DNA of 64,000 nt. It comes from Alphaproteobacteria bacterium (GTDB lineage: Bacteria > Pseudomonadota > Alphaproteobacteria > Rs-D84). Where the stretch lies: contig JAFTNY010000033.1 of assembly GCA_017451625.1 (NCBI GenBank), positions 13,800 through 77,799 on the forward strand, given 5' to 3'. Position numbers and translations under genes: made by a program. Numbering within the stretch: position 1 is the stretch's first letter; each line of letters starts with the position of its first letter. The notes under the pieces are model-generated. The model searched no databases. It was not told where the DNA came from and was given only the letters and a program-made list of their open reading frames with translations. Positions 1 to 10,505 of this stretch are shown in pieces.

Positions 1-82
1 ATCAGTTGGATTTGGCATTGTTAAATACAAAATACAAAATTTTAATGTCTGCGGAATCTGTCAAGAAGTTAGGTGAATAAAA

Positions 83-682
83 ATGGAAAAAATACAAAAA
101 ACGATGAAGACAAAACGTTTCAAGCACATTGTGTTCTGTGCGCTGGTGCTGTTGTTAATTGGGTGGGCGGTATTCCGCTTTGCGGCGGTTGCATCTGAAA
201 ATGCGCGCTATGTTTTTAATGCAGCGCGTGTTGCGGCCGATACTGGCGCCCCAATCGAAGTTATCGAAATGTCGCGCAAATCTGGTGTGTTGTATGAACC
301 GCTGTCGGTCCAGAATAATCGCGCATACGTATCTGGGGCGCGTGCGGCCAACCTGCGTGCCGGTCAACGTGTTGGCAATGGAAAAATTGTGTCTGTGTCC
401 AGTGATCTGGATTTAGATACCGGTATGTACGTTGTTCGCACATCTGGTGTTGCAGATGGGTTGCAGTATGCCGAATACAGTGCCAACGGCTATTTTGTTC
501 CACTGTATGCCATTGCTGATAATTCTGTATTGGTTGTGTCCGACGGCGTTGCAACACCGCGCGCCATAAAAATCGCACGCCAAGATGCCGAAAATGCATA
601 CATTGCATCTGGATTGGATGATGGCGACATCGTTATTCTGTCGACTGTAAATGCCGGCGACAAAGTACAAATCAAACAATAG
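83..682 (+). CDS. Short membrane-anchored RND-adaptor-like protein (beta-barrel/MP-domain only, no coiled-coil hairpin)
   Basis: 199 aa with an N-terminal TM anchor, followed by a Gly/Val-rich beta region. It sits immediately upstream of an AcrB-like gene; a GGGGG RBS precedes the downstream gene. At about half normal length, the assignment to the adaptor family is tentative. Confidence 0.45.
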   Translation: MEKIQKTMKTKRFKHIVFCALVLLLIGWAVFRFAAVASENARYVFNAARVAADTGAPIEVIEMSRKSGVLYEPLSVQNNRAYVSGARAANLRAGQRVGNGKIVSVSSDLDLDTGMYVVRTSGVADGLQYAEYSANGYFVPLYAIADNSVLVVSDGVATPRAIKIARQDAENAYIASGLDDGDIVILSTVNAGDKVQIKQ

Positions 683-701
683 TTCAGGGGGGGATTAACA
701 A

Positions 702-3700
702 ATGCTGAAATTTTTTGTTCGCAGACCAATTACCACATTGATGTTTGTTTTAGTATGGGTTGTTTTGGGGCTGGTTTCATTTCCAAATATGAACATTGAA
801 CGCACACCGTCGGTTGACTTTCCAATGGTGACGGCGACGTTTGTGTACCCTGGGGCCACACCCGAAGAAATTGAATCACAGATTATCAAGCGTGCCGAAG
901 ATGCGATTTCTGAAGTATCTGAATTAAAAAATATTATTTCACAGGCCTATGAAAACAGTGGCTTCGTCATGGCCGAATTTAATCTGGGGGTCGACGTTAA
1001 TGACAAGGCCACAGAAATCAAAACAAAACTGGATTCATTGATTTCTGAATTCCCAGACGATATGAATCAACCTGTTGTTGAAAAATTAAACCCACTGCAA
1101 GAATCGGTGGTCGACATCGTTTTGCGCGGGGCAGATGCACGTGATTTAGAAGAATATGTTGATGACTTTCTGTCGAACAAAATCACTGCGATAAATGGTG
1201 TTGCATCTGTATCTGTTTTCGGTGGTCGTGAACGTGCAATTAGAATTGCGTTAAATCCGGATCAAATGGCGGCCCGCGGAATTACAATTATGGATGTTGT
1301 GTCTGCGTTGGGATCGCACAACTTGAACGTCCCTGGGGGCAAGATTGAAACATCTGCCAATTCATCCAATGTTCGTTTTATTGGTGAATTTGCATCAATC
1401 AGTGAAATTGAAAATTTGCACCTGACCACTGTCGAAGGTAATAATTTCACCCTGTCCGATGTTGCCCAAATCACAGATGCGGCCCGCGACATTGAAAACG
1501 GTGCGCGGTATAACGGTGAACCTGTGGTGGTTGCATCTGTTGTAAAATCATCAGACGGTAATGCGATTAATATTTCAAATGCCCTGCGCGCGAAAATGCC
1601 AGAATTACAGGCCGATTTACAGTCGCGTTTCGCCGGTGCAGAAATGATGATTGCATCTGATTCATCAACATCTGTGTCCGATGAAACCGACAGTACAATA
1701 AACGCTATCATCTTGGGGGTTGTATTAACCGTTTTGGTATTATTGGTGTTTACGCGCAACTGGCGTTCTACTGTTATTGCAGGTGTCGTTATTCCTGCGT
1801 CATTGATTGCTGGGTTCTTCTTTATGGATGGGTCTGGCTTTACAGTAAATGCAATGACACTGCTGGCATATTCGTCTGCGCTGGGGACACTGGTGTCAAA
1901 CGCAATTATTTTGATTGAATCTGCATTACAGGAATTGCGTGCCGGTAAAAATCCCGAAGATGCCGCGATTGACGGCACGAAAAAGGTTGCTGTGTCTGTT
2001 TTGGCAGGTGTCGGCACAAACGTCGTGGTGTTCTTGCCGTTGGCGTTTATGGACGGTATTGTTGGTCAATTCATGGTCCAGTTTGGTTTAACTGTTGTGT
2101 ATCTGACGTTGTTGTCATTGATGTTCTCGTTCACGTTGACACCAATGATGATTGCAAAGTTCTTGCGCTTGACCGATAATAAAAAGAAGACACGTACAAA
2201 AACAGTTCGCGCAACGGTTGTGTCGGACAATTCTGGTGCAACTGACAGTGCATCACGTGGCTGGATGCGTCGTTGGTTTGATTTTCAGATTGCGCATCCA
2301 TGGCGTGTTGTCGGGTTGGTATTTGTAATCTTTATTGCATCTGTTCAGTTGATGAAGTTCGTCGGAAACGAATTTTCACCATCAACCGACGCAAATGAAA
2401 TAACAATTACTGCGCGTGCACCAATGGGCGCGACATTCGAAAAGTCTGAATCAATCGCCATGCAAATTGAACGTGGCTTGGAACAATTTGACGAAGTAAA
2501 ATCTACGACCGTAAAAATTGGTGAACGTGGTCTGCAAAATATCACGATTACAGTCGAATTGGTCGATGCGTCAGAACGCAATATTTCTGACAAACTGTTG
2601 GCCCAGAAAATGTTGCCTGCCATTGCGAACGTTGCGGATGCAGAAATTCAAATTCGCGCCGGCGAAGCAATGTCGTCTGGTATTTCATCCGACTTGGTTT
2701 TAAATGTTTTCGGTGAAGATGATGCCATCCGCGAAGCATACGCAGACCAAATCATTAAAATTGTAAATCAAATCCCCGAAGTACAATCTGCGGTCCGCGC
2801 CCAACAGTTGCCGGCCATGGAAACCCAGTTTGTTCCAGATCAGCAAAAAATGAATTTCTGGGGTGTCCAAAATGCATATGCTGGCACGACACTGCGTACT
2901 GCGTTGTTTGGAAACGATGATTACAAATACAAAGAAAACGGCGAAGAATACCCAATTATTTTGGAATTTGCAAAACCGTTCAAAACGGTGGCATTATTTG
3001 ACAATGTCTATGTAAATTCGCAAAAGGGTATGGTGCCATTGTCCGCACTGGGTACGGTTCGTTCTGAACGTGCCACCCCCGATATTCGCCGCGAAGATAA
3101 AAACAGATATACCGAAATCGATATAAATATCGGTAAATCAACAATGGGTCCTGTTCAGGCCAAAATTCAATCCGAACTGGACAAGATTGATTGGGCTGCG
3201 GGCTACTACACCCAGTTTGGTGGTATGTCTGACACGCAGGCCGAATCCGCCAGTGAAATTGGCAAGGCCTTTATGCTGGCAACGATATTGACATTTATGT
3301 TATTGGCTGCGATTTTAAATTCTTTGGCGCATCCATTTACAATCGCAACGTCTATCTTGACCAGTTTTGCGGGTGTGTTTGTGATGATGTTCTTGTCTGG
3401 CGCAACAATGAACGTTGGGGCAATGTTGGCGTTTGTTATGTTGGTTGGATTGGTGGTGAATAACAATATTCTGGTACTGGAACCAACCATTAATCGCGTT
3501 GGTCGCGGCGAAGATCCTGCCACTGCGATGTGGGCCGAATTGACAGACAAACAAAACATGGTTTTGATGACGTCCATCGCCGTTGTCGCAGGTATGGTTC
3601 CCCAGTTGTGGTCCGTCGACGGTATGAAGGTCGCCATGGGTGCCGTTATGATTGGTGGTATGTTGGCCAGTTTGCTGTTCACATTCACGCTGACACCTGC

Positions 3701-3758
3701 GTTATTTATCTTGGTGGAACGCGGTCGTACATTCTTTGCGCGCCGTCGCCATAAATAA
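702..3758 (+). CDS. RND family efflux transporter permease (AcrB/HAE1-like)
   Basis: 1018 aa with 12-TM architecture and two large periplasmic loops. The N-terminus 'MLKFFVRRPI...' is typical of AcrB-type pumps. Confidence 0.9.
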   Translation: MLKFFVRRPITTLMFVLVWVVLGLVSFPNMNIERTPSVDFPMVTATFVYPGATPEEIESQIIKRAEDAISEVSELKNIISQAYENSGFVMAEFNLGVDVNDKATEIKTKLDSLISEFPDDMNQPVVEKLNPLQESVVDIVLRGADARDLEEYVDDFLSNKITAINGVASVSVFGGRERAIRIALNPDQMAARGITIMDVVSALGSHNLNVPGGKIETSANSSNVRFIGEFASISEIENLHLTTVEGNNFTLSDVAQITDAARDIENGARYNGEPVVVASVVKSSDGNAINISNALRAKMPELQADLQSRFAGAEMMIASDSSTSVSDETDSTINAIILGVVLTVLVLLVFTRNWRSTVIAGVVIPASLIAGFFFMDGSGFTVNAMTLLAYSSALGTLVSNAIILIESALQELRAGKNPEDAAIDGTKKVAVSVLAGVGTNVVVFLPLAFMDGIVGQFMVQFGLTVVYLTLLSLMFSFTLTPMMIAKFLRLTDNKKKTRTKTVRATVVSDNSGATDSASRGWMRRWFDFQIAHPWRVVGLVFVIFIASVQLMKFVGNEFSPSTDANEITITARAPMGATFEKSESIAMQIERGLEQFDEVKSTTVKIGERGLQNITITVELVDASERNISDKLLAQKMLPAIANVADAEIQIRAGEAMSSGISSDLVLNVFGEDDAIREAYADQIIKIVNQIPEVQSAVRAQQLPAMETQFVPDQQKMNFWGVQNAYAGTTLRTALFGNDDYKYKENGEEYPIILEFAKPFKTVALFDNVYVNSQKGMVPLSALGTVRSERATPDIRREDKNRYTEIDINIGKSTMGPVQAKIQSELDKIDWAAGYYTQFGGMSDTQAESASEIGKAFMLATILTFMLLAAILNSLAHPFTIATSILTSFAGVFVMMFLSGATMNVGAMLAFVMLVGLVVNNNILVLEPTINRVGRGEDPATAMWAELTDKQNMVLMTSIAVVAGMVPQLWSVDGMKVAMGAVMIGGMLASLLFTFTLTPALFILVERGRTFFARRRHK

Positions 3759-3788
3759 AATCCCCGCCATCTGGCGGGATTTTTTATA
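3757..3788 (+). terminator. Rho-independent terminator (TCCCCGCC-loop-GGCGGGA + T-run)
   Basis: Perfect hairpin 'atccccgccatctggcgggat' followed by TTTTTT directly after the RND gene stop. Confidence 0.8.
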
Positions 3789-3827
3789 TGTTGACCACGT
3801 GGCGGATTTTTTACTAACATTGATTGT

Positions 3828-5039
3828 ATGAGAAGAATGTCCATCCTTTTGTTGTCTGTGCTGCTGTGTGCCAATGCCAATGCGGCCCAATATCGTGCGG
3901 CCTTGGTGGCAGACATGGACACAGGTCGTGTTTTATACCAAGAAAACGCAAATGAATTAAACTATCCGGCCAGTTTGACCAAAATTATGACGTTGTATTT
4001 GACGTTTGATGCGCTGGAACATGGACGTTTGGCATTGGATGATTATTTGATTGTGTCGCAATCTGCGGCAAATGCCGAACCTGTAAAACTGGGGTTGGCG
4101 GCCGGCGCAAAAATACGCGTCGAAGATGCAATCAAGGCGGTCGCAGTATACAGTGCAAACGATGTCGCACGTGTCTTGGCCGAAAATTTAAAGGGCGGCC
4201 AAGAAGAATCCTTTGCCGATCTGATGACGCGTGTTGCGCGTGAAATTGGTCTTACAAAAACTAATTTTGAAAATTCATCTGGACTGCCGAACGACGATCA
4301 TATGTCGACCGCACGTGATATTGCATTGCTGTCCATGGCGGTGTATAAGCATTTTCCCCAGTATTGGCATTTCTTTGGAATAAAATCGTGGACATATAAC
4401 GGCAAAACCTACACCAACGGCAACCGCCTGTTGACATCGTTCAATGGTTGCGATGGTATGAAGACAGGTTATACCAAAAAATCCAAGTATTCATTGGTTG
4501 CGACCGCGCATCGTGGTAATGCGCGTCTGATGTCGGTTGTGTTGGGCGCAGAAAACAAAGATGTTCGTGCAAACGTCGCGGCCCAGATGCTAAATCGTGG
4601 TTTTTCAATGCTGAACAATGGCACACAACCCATCGTGAATAATACATATGTGCCACCGGTACAGACCGCGCCAACCCCCGTTGCGCCGTCGCAACCCACG
4701 TCTTATCAGGCCACGCAACCTGTGGCAACAACTGCGCCAACAACATTTTCTGCGGCATATAATGCGGCAACAACGGCCGCCGCCCCAAAATACAACGCCC
4801 CCGCAGCACCGGCCGCCACAGGTGGTGGCACAGGTGTCCAGTTCGGTGCATTTTCATCCCAGTCTGCGGCGGCAAATCAGGTTGCAAATGTTAAAAATAA
4901 ACTGGGGGTAAATGCGATTGTTGAACCGACGGGAACAGGTTTGTATCGTGTGCGTGCCTATGGTTTGTCTGAAACGACGGCCGCCCAGATAAAATCATCA
5001 GCAACTGCAAACGGCATTGACAGTTATGTTTTTCACTAG
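3828..5039 (+). CDS. D-alanyl-D-alanine carboxypeptidase (PBP5/6 class) with C-terminal SPOR domain
   Basis: Signal peptide; SxxK 'SLTK', SxN 'SAND' and KTG 'KTGYT' motifs. A Pro/Ala/Thr linker is followed by a C-terminal SPOR-like ~70 aa ('VQFGAFSS...YRVRAYGL'). Confidence 0.85.
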   Translation: MRRMSILLLSVLLCANANAAQYRAALVADMDTGRVLYQENANELNYPASLTKIMTLYLTFDALEHGRLALDDYLIVSQSAANAEPVKLGLAAGAKIRVEDAIKAVAVYSANDVARVLAENLKGGQEESFADLMTRVAREIGLTKTNFENSSGLPNDDHMSTARDIALLSMAVYKHFPQYWHFFGIKSWTYNGKTYTNGNRLLTSFNGCDGMKTGYTKKSKYSLVATAHRGNARLMSVVLGAENKDVRANVAAQMLNRGFSMLNNGTQPIVNNTYVPPVQTAPTPVAPSQPTSYQATQPVATTAPTTFSAAYNAATTAAAPKYNAPAAPAATGGGTGVQFGAFSSQSAAANQVANVKNKLGVNAIVEPTGTGLYRVRAYGLSETTAAQIKSSATANGIDSYVFH

Positions 5040-5054
5040 TATTTTATACACATC

Positions 5055-5654
5055 ATGAATCCGAAAATTGAAAAGTTGATTAAGTTATTTGCAAAACTGC
5101 CACGCGTTGGTTCACGTGGTGGCCAGCGTATTGCCCTGTGCCTGTTGCAGGATAAAACTGGTCGTGCCGCCGCGCTGGCATCTGCGATAATGGATGCGTC
5201 TGAAAATATTGCGCCATGTCCAACCTGTGGTGTTTTAACAGATCGTGGGGCGGGGGGCTGTGAATTTTGTCGCGACGCATCGCGTGCAAATGGACAACTG
5301 TGCATTGTGCGCGATTTATCAGACGTTTGGACATTGGAAAAATCGTCTGTATTTCATGGTCGTTATCATATTATTGGTGGATTGTTGTCTGGTGCGTCCG
5401 GCATTCTGCCCCAAGATTTAAATATCGCGACATTGCCGGCCAGAATTGCCGACGAAAAGATTACTGAAATTATTTTTGCATTGCCCAATACTGTCGAAGG
5501 CAAGACGACCCAGCATTATATCATGTCGTCTGTCGGCGCGGTTGACGGTTTGTCATTTTCTGAATTGGCATCTGGTGTGCCACTGGGTGGTGATCTTGAT
5601 TATTTGGATGATGGCACGCTAACATTGGCGTTTGGGGGGCGTAAATCCTTATGA
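5055..5654 (+). CDS. recR: Recombination protein RecR
   Basis: 199 aa; N-terminus 'KLIKLFAKLPRVGSRGGQRIA' (HhH), C4 zinc finger 'CPTCG...CEFC', and a Toprim region. Confidence 0.9.
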   Translation: MNPKIEKLIKLFAKLPRVGSRGGQRIALCLLQDKTGRAAALASAIMDASENIAPCPTCGVLTDRGAGGCEFCRDASRANGQLCIVRDLSDVWTLEKSSVFHGRYHIIGGLLSGASGILPQDLNIATLPARIADEKITEIIFALPNTVEGKTTQHYIMSSVGAVDGLSFSELASGVPLGGDLDYLDDGTLTLAFGGRKSL

Positions 5655-6475
5655 CGGATATGATTGCAACTTTGCCGCCTGTATCTGCGATGATGCGCGA
5701 ATGTGGTCTGGAACCCAAGAAACAGTTCGGTCAAAATTTTCTGTTTGATTTAAATCTGACCGGTCGCATTGCATCCAGTGTACCCGATATAAAAACCACC
5801 CCAGTGGTCGAAGTTGGGGCCGGCCCCGCAGGCCTGACGCGGGCGTTATTGTTGGCGGGCGCACCACGCGTAATTGCGATTGAAAAAGACAAAACGACCG
5901 CGCCCATCTTGTCCCAGATTATAGATGCATCAAATGGTCGCCTGACGGTTATTTATGATGACGCGCTGCGTGTAAATTTTTCTGAACTGGGGTTGAACGA
6001 ATATGCGATATGCGCCAACCTGCCATATAACGTTGGTACAGAATTGTTAATCGGTTGGTTGCAGAAAATTGCCACCGGTGAAAAAATTAAATCTTTGACA
6101 TTGATGTTTCAACGCGAAGTGGCCATGCGCATCACCGCGCACGTTGGCGACGAACACTATGGTCGTCTGGCGGTTTTGTCATCACTGATTGCAGATTGCA
6201 AAATCCTGTTTGATGTACCCAACACTGCGTTCTTTCCACGTCCCAAGGTTCAGTCTGCGGTTGTTCAAATCGTTCCAAATCCGACCAAGATTTCACGCAT
6301 TGTTGATATAAAAAAGATTGAACAGATAACATCAAAACTGTTTGGGCAACGTCGCAAAATGATACGCGGAATAATTCCAAATGTGGATTGGTCGCGTTTT
6401 GGTCTGACGGGGACAGAACGTGCCGAAAATTTATCGCCAGAAATGTTTGCAACCTTGGCGCAGAATTTGTTATAA
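5651..6475 (+). CDS. rsmA: 16S rRNA (adenine1518/1519-N6)-dimethyltransferase RsmA/KsgA
   Basis: 'GQNFLFDLNLTGRIAS' and an 'EVGAGPAGLT' SAM-binding motif. The 4-nt overlap with recR suggests an operon. Confidence 0.9.
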   Translation: MTDMIATLPPVSAMMRECGLEPKKQFGQNFLFDLNLTGRIASSVPDIKTTPVVEVGAGPAGLTRALLLAGAPRVIAIEKDKTTAPILSQIIDASNGRLTVIYDDALRVNFSELGLNEYAICANLPYNVGTELLIGWLQKIATGEKIKSLTLMFQREVAMRITAHVGDEHYGRLAVLSSLIADCKILFDVPNTAFFPRPKVQSAVVQIVPNPTKISRIVDIKKIEQITSKLFGQRRKMIRGIIPNVDWSRFGLTGTERAENLSPEMFATLAQNLL

Positions 6476-6518
6476 TCACATCATAGATTTTATTGTATAG
6501 CAAGAGAGAGAATACCAA

Positions 6519-8228
6519 ATGTCATTATCACTGCTGGCGTTTTTTGCAGTTCTGTTTGTTCTGGTCTATTTATTACGTGTGGCCAAGATTGGTGCCTTGG
6601 TTGCGTTTTTGCTGGCGGGTGTTTTATCTGGTCCGTATGTTTTCAACCTGTTTGAATTGTCATCCACATGGGAATTTCTGGGTGAAATGGGAATTATGTT
6701 TTTGTGGTTTAACATTGGGTTGGAAATAAATATGCGCCGTCTGTGGCGTATGAAGCGCACGATTTTTGGACTGGGCGCGGCACAGGTTATGATGGTTGCT
6801 GTAATGTTGTTCCCTGTGCTGTTTGGCCTGACCCAGTGGGCGACAATGGTGTGTGTTATGGTATCGCTGATGTTGGCGATGTCCAGTACGTCCGCCGACA
6901 TGCAACTGTTGACCGATCGCAATCAGTTAAATACCACGATGGGCCGTCAAACATTTTCAATTCTGTTGTTCCAAGATTTATTGTCGATACCACTGTTGGC
7001 GATGTTGCCTGTGTTCGCCGGCAAAACATTTAATCTGGGGGCCAGTGCGATTGACGTTCTGGTTATATCCGTCGCGTTAATTTTATCTGTAATTGTTATT
7101 GGGCGTTTTGTTATGACGCCACTGTTGCGCCACGTTGCAAAATTAAAATCCAAAGAGGCCTTTTTACTGGCCGTCATGTTAAATATCGTGATTTGGGCTG
7201 TGTTGCTGGATTTGATGGGTCTGCCGGCGGGTTTGGGGGCGTTTTTGGCGGGTATGCTGATGTCTGAAACGATTTACCGTCATCAAATAACGGCCGAAAT
7301 ATCGCCATATTCAACATTGTTCTTGGCTTTCTTCTTTATTTCGCTGGGGGTGGGGTTAAATCTGCCGCTGTTGGGGCATAATTGGTATATTGTTCTGTTT
7401 GGTGTTGTTGCGTTAATTACGATTAAGTTCTTTGCACTTTTTATCGTTGCGCGTGTTCGTGGCATAAATGTCCCTGATGCCTTTATGATTGCGTTGTTGT
7501 TGGCACAGGGCGGTGAATTTGCACTGTTAATGCTGCAAACGATGAAGGCCAGTGGTATCACCGCCATCCCATCTGGGCACGAAGAAATTTTAACCGCTAT
7601 AATTATTTTATCGATTATGACAACGCCACTGCTGCTGTGTTTGCATGATTATCTTCAGCGTCGTGGCAAGTTGTTTCCACAACGCCACGCACGCACATTG
7701 GATGATGCAGACAATGCGATTACACCTGCGGTTATTGTTTGTGGTTTCGGTCGTGTTGGCCAGATTATTTGCCAGATGCTGGACGCCCAGCGTATTCCAT
7801 ATGTCGCGATTGATTTGGATGTCAGCGCGGTCATGATGGGACGTGAAATGGGGTTCAATGTTGTTTATGGTAATACGACCAGTCGCGATGTCTTGTGTGA
7901 ATTTGGGTTAAAGCCACGTCGTATAAAATCTGTGGTGGTCGCACTGGACAATGCGACAACTGCGCGTCAAACTGTTTTGACGATTAAGTCGATTGCCCCA
8001 CGTGTCAAGATTTTTGCCCGCGCCCGCAACTTGGCCGATTCCCAGATGTTAATACGCGAAGGGGTTGCAACCGCAATGCCAGAAACAATCGAATCTTCGT
8101 TCTTCTTGGGCTACAGTGTTCTAAATCACATGGGAATATCGGATGCGCGAATTGAACGATTGCTGTGCGATATGCGCGCCGATGATTATGCCGCACTATC
8201 TACGGTAATTTCTGACAAGCGTGATTAG
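6519..8228 (+). CDS. Kef-type monovalent cation:proton antiporter (CPA2) with C-terminal RCK/TrkA-N domain
   Basis: ~12 TM segments, then a Rossmann motif 'VIVCGFGRVGQ' characteristic of KefB/KefC-like proteins. Confidence 0.8.
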   Translation: MSLSLLAFFAVLFVLVYLLRVAKIGALVAFLLAGVLSGPYVFNLFELSSTWEFLGEMGIMFLWFNIGLEINMRRLWRMKRTIFGLGAAQVMMVAVMLFPVLFGLTQWATMVCVMVSLMLAMSSTSADMQLLTDRNQLNTTMGRQTFSILLFQDLLSIPLLAMLPVFAGKTFNLGASAIDVLVISVALILSVIVIGRFVMTPLLRHVAKLKSKEAFLLAVMLNIVIWAVLLDLMGLPAGLGAFLAGMLMSETIYRHQITAEISPYSTLFLAFFFISLGVGLNLPLLGHNWYIVLFGVVALITIKFFALFIVARVRGINVPDAFMIALLLAQGGEFALLMLQTMKASGITAIPSGHEEILTAIIILSIMTTPLLLCLHDYLQRRGKLFPQRHARTLDDADNAITPAVIVCGFGRVGQIICQMLDAQRIPYVAIDLDVSAVMMGREMGFNVVYGNTTSRDVLCEFGLKPRRIKSVVVALDNATTARQTVLTIKSIAPRVKIFARARNLADSQMLIREGVATAMPETIESSFFLGYSVLNHMGISDARIERLLCDMRADDYAALSTVISDKRD

Positions 8229-8237
8229 TTTCAAATC

Positions 8238-8267
8238 CTGTCCCCCACATGGGGGACATTTTATTTG
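8238..8267 (+). terminator. Rho-independent terminator
   Basis: Hairpin 'gtcccccacatgggggac' plus a T-rich tail after the kef-like gene. Confidence 0.7.
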
Positions 8268-8320
8268 CATTTATGTCTGTGTATTGTTATATTTACAACC
8301 TGTACACAGGGGAAATATAA

Positions 8321-8857
8321 ATGAAAAAAATATCGGTTATATTGTCGGTAATATTTGGGGCTGTCTTGCTGGATATCTTGTCCAAGGGCGTATTGCTTTA
8401 CCTTATCACAGGCGGCGTTCCATTGTATGGTGCGGCGTGGGACATTGTTCCGGTTCCATATTTGATGGCGCATGTATTTGATTTCTTTAACATTGTGTTT
8501 ACATGGAATCATGGCGCGTCGTTTTCATTGTTCCGCGCGCTGGGTGAATCTGCACCGCTGATTTTGATTATATTTACCAGTTGTATAATTGGTTTTATTG
8601 CGCATTATTTGTTCACGCGCGCCGCGTCATACGAACGTATTCCGTTGGCATTGATTGTTGGTGGTGCGCTGGGGAATTTGATTGATCGCATTCGCTTTGG
8701 CGCAGTGGTCGATTTCTTGGATTTTCATATTGGCGGCTGGCATTGGCCTGCGTTTAACGTTGCAGATGTTTGCATTGTTGTCGGGGTTGGACTGTATTTG
8801 TTAAATGTCTTTGTCGCACGTCGTAAATGTTTACAGCAAATCAAGGATGGTAAATAG
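8321..8857 (+). CDS. lspA: Lipoprotein signal peptidase II
   Basis: 178 aa, 4 TM; conserved 'NHGASFSL' and 'FNVADVCIVVG' blocks. Confidence 0.85.
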   Translation: MKKISVILSVIFGAVLLDILSKGVLLYLITGGVPLYGAAWDIVPVPYLMAHVFDFFNIVFTWNHGASFSLFRALGESAPLILIIFTSCIIGFIAHYLFTRAASYERIPLALIVGGALGNLIDRIRFGAVVDFLDFHIGGWHWPAFNVADVCIVVGVGLYLLNVFVARRKCLQQIKDGK

Positions 8858-8859
8858 TC

Positions 8860-10419
8860 ATGGTACAATATATGGATAAAAATTCTGGGTTTAACATGTG
8901 GAACGCGAACAAGAACGCCACCACGCCGCGTTCGCCGCTGTCTGGTTTTCTGTGGTGGACATTGTTGTTCATCGCGGCATGGTGGACAATCGGCGCAATT
9001 ATGTCGCCGAAACAAAGTGCAACAACAACTGAAACGCAAACAGTGGCGGTGGATTTGTCGTCGGTCCCGATGACCAACGTTGCATCTGATAAAATTGATG
9101 CATCTGTCCAAGGACTGCGTATTTCTGACGTACGTCTGTCTGATTATGCGGTGTCGGCCGATTCTGATGAACGTGTTTCCCTGTTGGGTTCAGATGGTAA
9201 TTTTATCGAGGTTGGCTTACTCTCTACCGGTGCGGCTGCGCCGACCCCTGCAACGGTCTGGAATGTGAAAGACAACACCTATACTTGGCGCAGCCCAGAC
9301 GATATTGAATTTGTACGCACATTGACCACAGATGGTTATACAATCACAATCACAGACACGATTAAAAATAATTCTGGGCGCGATACCGCATTTGCGCCAT
9401 ATGCACGTATTGTTCGTGATAATGATATGAAGTCCGCTGCCGGTGTGTCAAATGGCGCGATTGCATACATCAATTCAGATGTCGAAGATGTTGCGTGGTC
9501 AAAACTGGATAAAAAATCATACGCATATTCCACAACGTCCGGTTTTGCCGGTTTCGCAGATCAATACTGGGAAACAGTTGTGTCCATAGATTCCCCAGAC
9601 CAGACAATTCGGGTCAAGAAATCTGGCGACAAATATACCACAGACACTGCCGCGGCGGCTGTTGCGGTTGCGAACGGTGCCACCGCCACAATCACGACAA
9701 ATGTATTCGTTGGCCCACGCGATCAAAACGTCTTGGATGCGGCCGCTGATCGGATTGCCGGTTTGGGTGAAACGATTGACTATGGTTGGTTTTGGTTCTT
9801 GGCGCGTCCAATGTTGTGGGTGTTAAATGGGATTCATCATGTTGTAATGAATTATGGCGTTGCGATTATTATCATGACAATTTTGTTGCGCCTGTTGATG
9901 TGGCCATTAACGCGCAAGTCATATGTTTCCATGGCGGCAATGCAAAAGATGCAGCCCGAAATGCAGCGCATCCAGAAACTGTATGCCAATGATAAAATGC
10001 GCCTGCAGATGGAAATGATGAAACTGTACCAGACGCACAAGACATCACCCATGTCGGGATGTTTGCCAATGTTGATTCAGATTCCAATATTCTTTGCGTT
10101 GTACAAGGCGTTATTGGTATCTGTTGCGATGCGCAATGCAGGTTTTTTATGGATACACGATTTATCTGCGATGGATCCATATTTTATATTGCCAATATTG
10201 ATGGGTGCAACAATGTACCTGCAACAACGCCTGCAGTCGCCAAAGACAAATAATTCTGGCAACGACGCAGTTGCCCAGACCCAGCGTATGATGCGCTGGA
10301 TGCCGGTACTGTTTACAGTAATGTTTGCATGGATGCCGGCCGGTTTGGTTTTGTATTGGACGGTGTCAAACATCTTTGGCATTATCCAGATGCAAATAAT
10401 CAAACGTCAATCCAAATAA
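8860..10419 (+). CDS. yidC: Membrane protein insertase YidC
   Basis: 519 aa with N-terminal TM, a large periplasmic domain and a C-terminal 5-TM core ('GWFWFLARPMLWVL...'). Confidence 0.9.
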   Translation: MVQYMDKNSGFNMWNANKNATTPRSPLSGFLWWTLLFIAAWWTIGAIMSPKQSATTTETQTVAVDLSSVPMTNVASDKIDASVQGLRISDVRLSDYAVSADSDERVSLLGSDGNFIEVGLLSTGAAAPTPATVWNVKDNTYTWRSPDDIEFVRTLTTDGYTITITDTIKNNSGRDTAFAPYARIVRDNDMKSAAGVSNGAIAYINSDVEDVAWSKLDKKSYAYSTTSGFAGFADQYWETVVSIDSPDQTIRVKKSGDKYTTDTAAAAVAVANGATATITTNVFVGPRDQNVLDAAADRIAGLGETIDYGWFWFLARPMLWVLNGIHHVVMNYGVAIIIMTILLRLLMWPLTRKSYVSMAAMQKMQPEMQRIQKLYANDKMRLQMEMMKLYQTHKTSPMSGCLPMLIQIPIFFALYKALLVSVAMRNAGFLWIHDLSAMDPYFILPILMGATMYLQQRLQSPKTNNSGNDAVAQTQRMMRWMPVLFTVMFAWMPAGLVLYWTVSNIFGIIQMQIIKRQSK

Positions 10420-10452
10420 AAAAATCCCCCAAACGGGGGATTTTATTTTTTC
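10420..10452 (+). terminator. Rho-independent terminator
   Basis: 'aaaaaatcccccaaacgggggattttatttttt'. Confidence 0.8.
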
Positions 10453-10505
10453 TGCTTGCGTGCGATTCGTGATTTGTTCTATGATGTTATTGGAAGGAAA
10501 GGAAA

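Noticed and set aside
1262-2017. 251-aa minus-strand ORF inside the RND pump gene
   Set aside because: Shadow ORF opposite a high-confidence 1018-aa transporter.
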